Source: an uncultured bacterium (GTDB lineage Bacteria > Poribacteria > WGA-4E > GCA-2687025). Taken from it: a DNA stretch of 64,000 nucleotides. The stretch is taken from the NCBI GenBank assembly GCA_964473525.1, contig CAYYPK010000031.1, forward strand, positions 7,820 to 71,819. The letters are read 5' to 3'. The translations under genes were made by a program, and so were the position numbers. Each line of letters opens with the position of its first letter. Positions within the stretch are counted from its first letter, which is position 1. The notes under the pieces were generated by a model. The model did no database searches, was not told where the DNA came from, and was given only the letters and a program-made list of their open reading frames with translations. This document shows positions 40,269 through 47,951 of this stretch, in pieces.

Positions 40269-41435
40269 ATGCCCATCTATGAGATAACCGACGGAGGGTT
40301 GGCGCCCGTCTCGCCAACTACGTTCGCTGACGAGGACATCAAGGAACGCGAGGACCTCCAACAGCTCGTCAAGGGCCGGATCGCTGTTCTCGCTGGCGAG
40401 TTGCCAGACGTAGACGAATTGATGGTGCTCTCGGAGGAATTTAGCGACTGGGAGGACAGCCGTCGGCGCATCGACCTCCTCTGTCTAGACAAGGACGCTG
40501 GTCTCGTCGTCGTTGAACTGAAGCGCACCGAGGACGGCGGCCACATGGACCTACAGGCTCTGCGATACGCCGCGATGGTGTCGGCAATGACGTTTGAGCA
40601 GGCTGCTCGTGCGCACGGCGCGTACCTGCGCAACGAGGCCCACGCTGAGGCGAAGGGTGAGGATGTCGCTGAGGACATCACTGCGCATGCTGCGTCGTCC
40701 ATCCTCGCGTTCCTGGAGTGGGACGAACCCGACGAGGACAGCTTTGCGCAGAACGTGCGGATTGTCCTGGCGTCGGCAGAATTCTCGCGAGAACTCACAA
40801 CTGCCGTCATGTGGCTGAACGAACGAGATGTCGACATCCGCTGCGTGCGGATGCGTCCTTACAAGCTCGACGGGACGCTGCTGATAGATGTGCAGCAGAT
40901 CATCCCGCTCCCAGAATCAGTGGACTATCAGGTACGCATTCAGGAAAAAGCGCGTAGCGAGCGGGCATCAAGGGCGGGACAACGGAATTGGGATCGCGAG
41001 CAATTCACCGCCGAGGTCCGACGCAACCGTGGCGACGATGCAGCGACAGCTGTGGCTGACATGCTGGACTGGGCGGAGGAGCACGCTGACGATATCGCGT
41101 GGGGGAAGGGAGCCGAGGGGAGCTTCAGTCCACGTCTGGACGGCGCAGCGAATCGCTTCGCGGGCTTCATGGTGTGGACTGGGGGCACAGTCGAAAACCA
41201 GTTGCAGCAGCATGTCAAGAATGGGCCCTTCGCCGAGGAGTCACTGCGCGCCGAATGGCTAGACAGGCTCAACGCACTCCCCGGAGTGCAGCTGCCCACC
41301 GACGCCGTGTCCGCCAGACCTAGTTTCAGCCTGCCCGTCCTCCTGGCCCCGGCCGCGATGCAGGGATTCAAGGATGTCTACGAGTGGGTCATACGTACGG
41401 TACGTGACTTCGATCAGACCGACGACCCCGGTTGA
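40269..41435 (+). CDS. PD-(D/E)xK (NucS/DUF91-like) nuclease-fold protein with a C-terminal extension
   Basis: 388-aa product starting MPIYEITDGGL…; the core motif is …RRIDLLCLDKDAGLVVVELKRTED…LQALRY… The track ORF beginning at 39501 is an over-extension, and Met 40269 lies 68 bp after the stop of the upstream gene. Confidence 0.6.
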   Translation: MPIYEITDGGLAPVSPTTFADEDIKEREDLQQLVKGRIAVLAGELPDVDELMVLSEEFSDWEDSRRRIDLLCLDKDAGLVVVELKRTEDGGHMDLQALRYAAMVSAMTFEQAARAHGAYLRNEAHAEAKGEDVAEDITAHAASSILAFLEWDEPDEDSFAQNVRIVLASAEFSRELTTAVMWLNERDVDIRCVRMRPYKLDGTLLIDVQQIIPLPESVDYQVRIQEKARSERASRAGQRNWDREQFTAEVRRNRGDDAATAVADMLDWAEEHADDIAWGKGAEGSFSPRLDGAANRFAGFMVWTGGTVENQLQQHVKNGPFAEESLRAEWLDRLNALPGVQLPTDAVSARPSFSLPVLLAPAAMQGFKDVYEWVIRTVRDFDQTDDPG

Positions 41436-41457
41436 GCGGGCCGCCGAGCAGGACGGC

Positions 41458-42459
41458 CTAGTGCGGCCTCGGTGTCCCCTGACACTCGTGGTGTCGCTGT
41501 GCGAACTTCTGCACCCGCCCATCCAGCTGACCGTTGATGATGTCGCCGTTGGACAGGACGGTGATGTCGTGGTTCCCGGCCATCTGCCCGGGCTCCCTGC
41601 CGAACTCGCCGAAGAAGCCGATCACCTCGCCCGTGACGCCCACCTTCGAGATGCGTCCGTTGGGGCCGTCGCAGATAAAAAAGTGCCCGGCGGAGACATA
41701 CGCAAGGTCCGACGGCCTACCGATGTGTGTCCACTGCGTGAGGAACCCGCCGTCCGGGTCGAACAACTGCACGCGCCAGTTGTTCCGGTCGGCGACGTAG
41801 ACGACCCCCTCGTCGTCGACGGCAACCGCGTGCGGCAACACGAACTGTCCCGGCCCCTCGCCCGGGCCGCCCCATTCCAACATGAACTTGCCGTCTGGAT
41901 CGAACTTCGCGACGCGCATGTTGCCGCCGTAGCCATCGGTCACGTACCGCTCGCCGTGGGCGTTGAAGGCGATGTCCGTTGGCTGGTCGAAGAGCTCGCC
42001 GGTACCTAACGTGTCCTTGACGCCGAGGGTGGCGAGGATCTCGCCTTCGGGCGACATCTGATAGATGACGTGTCCGCCGTCGTCGGTGAGCCACACGTTG
42101 TCGTCGGCGTCGCAGGTCACCATGTGCGGGCGCCCGAAGTCGACGTGGTCCCACGAGAACAGGATGGCGCCGTCCGCGTCGAAGCAGATGAGCGGAGGAG
42201 CGTCGCTTCCGCGATGGAAGAGGTAGATGCGGTCCTGGGAGTCGGTCTCGACGCCAGCGACCTGACCCAAGGTCCAGTCCTCGGGCAGGGCGCCCCACCC
42301 GGGCACGACATCGTATCCCAGGTCGACGGGGCTGTCTGTCACTTCCCAGGCGCGTGTGCGCAGCAGGCTCCCGTCATCCATCGCACTGCCATCGACACCC
42401 AGGACGGGGCCATCCTTCACTTGCCACGCCCGCTTGCCTGGTTGATTCTCGAAAGCCAT
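41458..42459 (-). CDS. NHL-repeat beta-propeller protein
   Basis: Repeated …YVADRNNWRVQLFDPDG… and …YVTDGYGGNMRVAKFDPDGKF… NHL-type blades. Confidence 0.75.
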   Translation of the reverse strand: MAFENQPGKRAWQVKDGPVLGVDGSAMDDGSLLRTRAWEVTDSPVDLGYDVVPGWGALPEDWTLGQVAGVETDSQDRIYLFHRGSDAPPLICFDADGAILFSWDHVDFGRPHMVTCDADDNVWLTDDGGHVIYQMSPEGEILATLGVKDTLGTGELFDQPTDIAFNAHGERYVTDGYGGNMRVAKFDPDGKFMLEWGGPGEGPGQFVLPHAVAVDDEGVVYVADRNNWRVQLFDPDGGFLTQWTHIGRPSDLAYVSAGHFFICDGPNGRISKVGVTGEVIGFFGEFGREPGQMAGNHDITVLSNGDIINGQLDGRVQKFAQRHHECQGTPRPH

Positions 42460-42678
42460 TGGGCCTCCCTACGGTTGTCGTGGGCCTGGGTCCCACGCCG
42501 GCGTTGGGGCGCGAACGTCGCCTGGGGCCTGCGACCCGCCAAGCTGCACGGTAGCACAGGCTTGGCGACGTCGCGAAGGCATTGCCCACACGCGACAGTG
42601 CATCCGGGCGGCTGTATTGGCGGGATCGCGTCCGCGCCAGTCTCGCCTCGCTGCAGCGGCCGGTTCGCGTGACGCGCC

Positions 42679-43449
42679 GTGTGTCGTCAGCCAGAGAGAG
42701 GAGATCGACAGCATCCCATGAAGGGCTACACGCCAGGCATGAGCTTCGACGAGGGCGCCGCCCGGACGTACGACGACTCCCTGCGCGGCGACGAGGATGC
42801 CGCGGTCGAATTCCTAGCGTCGCTGGCGCAATCGGGTTCTGCTCTGGAGCTCGCGATCGGCACCGGTCGGATCGCGTTGCCCCTCGCCGGCCGCGGACTC
42901 CGCGTCGATGGTATCGACATCTCACAGCCCATGGTCGATCAGCTGCGCAGCAAACCTGGCGGAGATCAGCTTGCGGTCACGATCGGCGACTTCGCCGACG
43001 TGCCGGTTTCCGGCGAGTACGGGCTGATATACGTCGTGTTCAACACGTTCTTCAACCTGCTGACGCAGGACGACCAGGTACGCTGCTTTGAGAACGTCGC
43101 GGCCCATCTCACGGAGGATGGCGTCTTCGTGATTGAGGCGTACGTTCCTGCATTCCTTGTGCGGCTGCGTAACGATCAGTATGTGGACGCGGAAGCCGTT
43201 GAGGTCGACGAGGTCCGGCTCGACGTGCTGCGGCACGACCTGGCGACGCAGAGGATCGACGAGAGCCACGTGTCGCTGTCAGCCTCGGGAGTGAGCCTGA
43301 ACCCGGTGGTGCAGCGGTACGCCTGGCCTAGCGAACTTGACCTCATGGCCCGCATAGCCGGACTGCGCTTGAAGGAGCGCTGGGGCAGCTGGGGTCGCGA
43401 CCCCTTCACGTCCGCCAGCGGGAACTGCGTCTCCGTCTACGGACGCTAA
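42679..43449 (+). CDS. class I SAM-dependent methyltransferase
   Basis: Motif I …LELAIGTGRIALPLA… and an acidic post-motif (…VDGIDIS…). The start may be internal, at MKGYTPG near 42718. Confidence 0.75.
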   Translation: MCRQPERGDRQHPMKGYTPGMSFDEGAARTYDDSLRGDEDAAVEFLASLAQSGSALELAIGTGRIALPLAGRGLRVDGIDISQPMVDQLRSKPGGDQLAVTIGDFADVPVSGEYGLIYVVFNTFFNLLTQDDQVRCFENVAAHLTEDGVFVIEAYVPAFLVRLRNDQYVDAEAVEVDEVRLDVLRHDLATQRIDESHVSLSASGVSLNPVVQRYAWPSELDLMARIAGLRLKERWGSWGRDPFTSASGNCVSVYGR

Positions 43450-43551
43450 ACGGCCGCTGACACAATGCCCATGCGGACGGCCGAACGCACGGCAGGCGCG
43501 GGATAGCGGCACACCTACGGCCGAAAGTCCTGACGCGATTCCCCAGCCCCA

Positions 43552-44805
43552 CTATCCCCACGGGCCGCTTGCGGTAGGTTGGCGGGGGAACCATGCGCTC
43601 AGAACAGTCGCCGCTGATGGATGGATGCTCTCCCGGTCAGAGATGGGAGCTTCCTCAAAGGAGAGGATTCCTAGCAGGAGTTTCGTCAGAGATCCCTGGT
43701 CGGTTTGCATGCGAAACGCCGCATCGCCCACGGTTACGTCTGTGGTGACAGCTCCATCGCCAACCCTCAAGCCGACACGCTGGCTCTCAAAGCCGATCTC
43801 AATCTCGCCGCGCCAATCCGCAGCACTGCTGGAACGCAACCGCAGTTCCAATTCGGGGGTCAGTTTGCTCAGCAGGGAAGCGAGATGGACTATCTGAATC
43901 ATGTTCGAGGCGCGTCCACCCTGACGCTCAATCAACGTGAAAGCGATGTCTGCCCCTGTCAGTATCCGCAGAACGGCTGCATCAAAGGGAAGGCGAGAGC
44001 TGACAGAACTGACGCCGCGTTCGGCAGCAAGGTGGAGGATCTGTTGCATCAATCCCACCAACGCATCTGGGCGTGAGAGGTTGAATGCGACCTCGCCAAT
44101 CGACCTGCCGCCATCCCCGGCGAACAGATAGCCTTCGACGATGCCATCGGCTTCGTAGACCAGCCGCAACGGATTGGGAGAAGAGGGTCGGCTGGGCAGC
44201 TTGGCGTTCGGGTCGAGATCTCGGACCTTGGAGCCACTGCGTCCATTGTTGAACACTCCGTACAGTTCGTCGTTGCGAACCGCATCGCGGCTGGCGTCAT
44301 AGGGCCGGACCTCACCAGGCAGACCTTCCGGGGGACGAAAGACCTCCTGCACAGACATGAGGTTCGCCCCGGCGCGGACGGGTTCGATTGGGAATTCAAC
44401 GGAACGCCTGGGAAGGGGGACGTAGCCGAAACGGCGATAGAAGATGGAGGAACCGCCCAGCCTGGAGATGTCGCAATCGCTGTCGCGCATCCATTGAACG
44501 ACATCGCGCATCAATGCGCTGCCGTAGCCCTTACCCTGGAATTGGGGCAGGACAGAGACTTCCCCGACATCCGCTTTGACGATTTCGCAACTCCCGACGC
44601 ATAGACGTTCGGGCTTGACGATCGCCACTCCGACAACTGTCCCTTCGACCTCCAGAACGCGGAACCGTTGCGCGTCTCTTACTGCTAGCTTGTGCCAGCT
44701 ATGCCACCTGTCAGAGTTCTCCTCGACTTGGAAGGCCCTCACCATGACCTCGAAGATCGCTTCCGTGTCATCAGCAACGCCGCTACGCGAACGAAATCCC
44801 TGCAT
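43552..44805 (-). CDS. GNAT acetyltransferase with a C-terminal SCP2-like domain (Eis-like architecture)
   Basis: N-terminal GNAT segment (…VVGVAIVKPE…QFQGKGYGSALMRDV…). The ~400-aa length with a C-terminal domain resembles Eis-type enzymes. The family call is from memory. Confidence 0.6.
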   Translation of the reverse strand: MQGFRSRSGVADDTEAIFEVMVRAFQVEENSDRWHSWHKLAVRDAQRFRVLEVEGTVVGVAIVKPERLCVGSCEIVKADVGEVSVLPQFQGKGYGSALMRDVVQWMRDSDCDISRLGGSSIFYRRFGYVPLPRRSVEFPIEPVRAGANLMSVQEVFRPPEGLPGEVRPYDASRDAVRNDELYGVFNNGRSGSKVRDLDPNAKLPSRPSSPNPLRLVYEADGIVEGYLFAGDGGRSIGEVAFNLSRPDALVGLMQQILHLAAERGVSSVSSRLPFDAAVLRILTGADIAFTLIERQGGRASNMIQIVHLASLLSKLTPELELRLRSSSAADWRGEIEIGFESQRVGLRVGDGAVTTDVTVGDAAFRMQTDQGSLTKLLLGILSFEEAPISDRESIHPSAATVLSAWFPRQPTASGPWG

Positions 44806-45121
44806 GTTCTCTATTCCCGTGATAGCTTGGCTCTGCCAGATCAGGTCATGCGCCGATCGGCGCTCTCGCGCTGCTACCTGCGTTGATGAGAGGGACGCGC
44901 TGAAAGCCCGGCCTGATGCCTAGCCTCGATAGGCTTGAGTATCTCTTGCTTGTCGATGTGACGCTTGGGCAGGGCCAGGATCCCCAAGCGAGATCGGCCC
45001 AGGAGTCTGGGCCAGAAGCGCGGTTGAGGTTCCTCGGGACAGAATCAGGCCGATACCAGCGAGGACGGCTGACAGTGCTTGTCACCGGGAAGGCAGTGCA
45101 TCACAGGCAAGGAAGAGCTGG

Positions 45122-45211
45122 TGGCGGAGAGAGAGGGATTCGAACCCTCGGTGACATTGCTGCCACACATGATTTCCAGTCATGCCAGTTAAGCCGCTCC
45201 TGCATCTCTCC
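45122..45211 (-). tRNA. tRNA-Ser (anticodon GGA), class II tRNA with long variable arm and encoded CCA
   Basis: Hand-folded: 7-bp acceptor GGAGAGA/TCTCTCC, 3-bp D-stem CAG/CTG, anticodon stem CATGA/TCATG with loop CTGGAAA, an ~18-nt variable arm, T-arm GAGGG-TTCGAAT-CCCTC, discriminator G and CCA. Confidence 0.85.
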
Positions 45212-45274
45212 GCGCGGCTGTCGGGAATGGTAGAGGCCCATCGGAACGGCAGTCAAGAGCCACTGGCAGGGGAT

Positions 45275-46375
45275 CTAGCGGCCGACCGCCGCGACCCGTG
45301 ACGCAGCCATTGCCGCTTCGAATCGCGCCCAGTCGAACCCGGGGAAGGAGATGACCGATATAGCGTCGCCCTCACCGATCGTATCGTCGGGGGATGGAGC
45401 GACGATGGGGTGCTCTCCCGACTTAACCAGCGCCAGCGGGTTAACGAGCACGCCCGTGGCGCCAGAGGCCTCCATCGCCGCGAGGACGAACTCCCGCCAC
45501 GTCCATCCGACGGTGCGCGATGGCACGACCGTGTCCGGGTTCGCCCCTTCGGTGTTGAGCAGCAGCCGCTGCACGATCGGGGCGCTGTGCGTGTCCTGGC
45601 ACTCCTGTACGAGCGCGAGCACCTCCAGGTGCTCCATGATCGCCGTCGAGTCGATGTCGTCGAACATCCACCCGTTCTCCGCGCTGACAAGCACGTGCAG
45701 GATACGCGTCGTTTCGTCCACGAAGCGGGCGACCAGGTCGACGACGGTGCGTGTCGTGCCGTCGGATTCCGGCAGCGACGCCTCAATCGGGAACACGATG
45801 ACGGCGGTATTCTCGCGGATGCGCGCGCGTTCGTACGTACCTTGGTCGAGTATCGATCCGCGGATGAAGTGTACGTTGTCCAGGCCTGCGGCGGCCGTGG
45901 GCAGTTCGTCGAGCGTGTCGTCCACGACGCAGACCGGTACCTCCCGCTCGACGTGGCGCAATTCCGCCACCAGCGCCTCGAAGCGCGATGTCCCCGGGTA
46001 GTTGAACAGCACGTAGCCGTCTTTGTACGGGTTCCTCATGAGTCCTGACCGTCTACGCGCCCGCCTGTCCTCGCGTTCGTCGAAGATCGCCCCGATGGTC
46101 GCGCCGAGGATGGCGATGTCGATGAGTCCGAAGAACATCGTCGCCATGCGTCCGAGCAACGTCTGCGCTGGCCGGTTGCCGAAGCCGACGGTTGTCGCCG
46201 TCTGCCACACCTGCCAGACCGCTTCCTCCCAGCTCACACCCTCGATGTAGCGGTACGCAAACAGGAAGAGAACCGACACCACGACCGCAGTGGCGAGCAG
46301 GTCGATTAGCCATAGCATTGGGCGGCGGACGGCGAATCTGCGCCGAACATGCTGCGGGATGAGTAGAAGGATCAA
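45275..46375 (-). CDS. potassium channel (2TM pore with TVGFGN filter) fused to RCK/TrkA-N-like cytoplasmic domain
   Basis: Selectivity filter …TATTVGFGN… between two hydrophobic helices. Downstream is an NAD-binding-like RCK domain. Confidence 0.8.
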   Translation of the reverse strand: MILLLIPQHVRRRFAVRRPMLWLIDLLATAVVVSVLFLFAYRYIEGVSWEEAVWQVWQTATTVGFGNRPAQTLLGRMATMFFGLIDIAILGATIGAIFDEREDRRARRRSGLMRNPYKDGYVLFNYPGTSRFEALVAELRHVEREVPVCVVDDTLDELPTAAAGLDNVHFIRGSILDQGTYERARIRENTAVIVFPIEASLPESDGTTRTVVDLVARFVDETTRILHVLVSAENGWMFDDIDSTAIMEHLEVLALVQECQDTHSAPIVQRLLLNTEGANPDTVVPSRTVGWTWREFVLAAMEASGATGVLVNPLALVKSGEHPIVAPSPDDTIGEGDAISVISFPGFDWARFEAAMAASRVAAVGR

Positions 46376-46469
46376 GCGCGCGGGCCTCCACTACCCCGGC
46401 TCCCCATATCGTGTCCCGTGCCCGCGCAGGCGCCAACACCGCCCCGCGCGACGGGCAGCGCCCGAGCGC

Positions 46470-47174
46470 CTACGACGGCAACGACTTCTTCTGTGCGGCG
46501 GCCATGAGCTTGGCGACCTCGTCATTTACCTCGGCCGTCCCCGCATCGCCGTATTTGTCCTCGAGGGACTTCTGCGCCTCCGCGGCTGGATCGGTCGAGA
46601 GTTCCTCCCACGCCTCCGCTTCCGTCTCGAGCGTTTCGACCTCTCGCTCGAGGTTGTCCAACGCCGCGAGTGGGCTGTCCCCGGAGTCGAACGACGAGGA
46701 CGCCTTAGCGAGCTCCTGCCGGACCTTCGCGCCTTCCATGCGCGCGGACATACGAACCAGATTGCTTTCCGCCCCAGCAACCTTGGCCCGTGAGTTGTTC
46801 AGCTGGCCACGCAACTGCGCAATGAGCTGGCTCGTGTTCTCGATTTCGCTCTCGAGCGTCCCAAGGCGTTGCTCTGCCTCGGCGCGGTGTTCGAGCGCGG
46901 TGCGAACGTCGTCTTCGTTCCCGTCACCCGCCGCGCGCTCCGCGAACGTCTGGAACTTCTGCGCTTCCGCGAGCGTGTCGGCGCGCTCCCGCTCCATGCG
47001 CTTGTTGGACGCCACGAGCTTCGCGATCTTCTGCGTGAACTCCGCGATCTGCTTCTTGCTGTCCTCAATCGCGAACTTCCCGTCGCGGACGGGATCCCCA
47101 ATCGCCTTCGCGGCGTCCTCGTCCTTCGCGCGGAGCCAATTCCCGAGAGCCTTGAATACCTTTGCCATAGCCAT
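46470..47174 (-). CDS. PspA/IM30 family protein
   Basis: 234-aa coiled-coil protein with PspA/IM30-like heptad pattern (…KVFKALGNWLRAK…AIEDSKKQIAEFTQKIAKLVA…). Confidence 0.85.
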   Translation of the reverse strand: MAMAKVFKALGNWLRAKDEDAAKAIGDPVRDGKFAIEDSKKQIAEFTQKIAKLVASNKRMERERADTLAEAQKFQTFAERAAGDGNEDDVRTALEHRAEAEQRLGTLESEIENTSQLIAQLRGQLNNSRAKVAGAESNLVRMSARMEGAKVRQELAKASSSFDSGDSPLAALDNLEREVETLETEAEAWEELSTDPAAEAQKSLEDKYGDAGTAEVNDEVAKLMAAAQKKSLPS

Positions 47175-47216
47175 GGACTCCTAAAAAGCGTGCGGCGCGG
47201 CGCGCCCGTTGGTGGA

Positions 47217-47669
47217 TTACCGAACGCCCTGACCGATGCCAATGCGCAGCACCTCGGCTCCTGCGACGAGCGCCGACCACAGACTATCAATGGATGTGGT
47301 CAGTTCCTCGTCGGAAAGGTCACCGATGGGCAGGCTGTCCGTCAGCACGATGGGCCAACTGTCGGGGTCGTCGAGGTCGGGGTTGTCAGAGGCGGTAATC
47401 GTCGCGAACGCATACGGCCGTATCTGAGTGTTGATATCGAGACATGCAACGCAGAACTCCATGACCATGTCGTCGTCGATGTCACCGAGCTTCGCCACCT
47501 GGCAGGTGACCACTAGTTCGCTGGTCGCGTCGTTGAGGGTGATGACCGCGACGAACGGGTTTTCTGACCCTCCCACGCCGATGGATACCGACCCGTTCTG
47601 CGCCTCGGGCTCGTAGCCGCTGGCCTCGAGCGCGTCAGCGACCTTCTCCAGGCTGTCGATCTTTGCCAT
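47217..47669 (-). CDS. YjfI/DUF2170-like protein, the usual partner of PspA-like YjfJ
   Basis: 150 aa from Met MAKIDSLEKVADALEASGYE…; the track ORF is over-extended at the 5' end. Adjacency to the PspA-like gene supports the call. Confidence 0.6.
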   Translation of the reverse strand: MAKIDSLEKVADALEASGYEPEAQNGSVSIGVGGSENPFVAVITLNDATSELVVTCQVAKLGDIDDDMVMEFCVACLDINTQIRPYAFATITASDNPDLDDPDSWPIVLTDSLPIGDLSDEELTTSIDSLWSALVAGAEVLRIGIGQGVR

Positions 47670-47951
47670 GTTTGCCTCGTTGAGTCGGGGAACGGTAAGG
47701 GGCGTCGTCGCGTGACTGCCCGCAATTCTACACCATCGCCCCCGCCACACGCACGCCACCCGATGTGATGGCGCCAGGCGTACCCCTGCTCCTCATGTTT
47801 GACACGACCCAGACCATGTGTTAGGTTCGGCTGCGGCTTCTGCCGCGCGGATGGGCGTCCCGTCACTTTGTGCGCGCTGACGGCGACGATGCCCAAGTTC
47901 GCCGACTGCCACATTGAGGTATCGCGCTGCGTAGGCTGAATAGAGAGCGAG

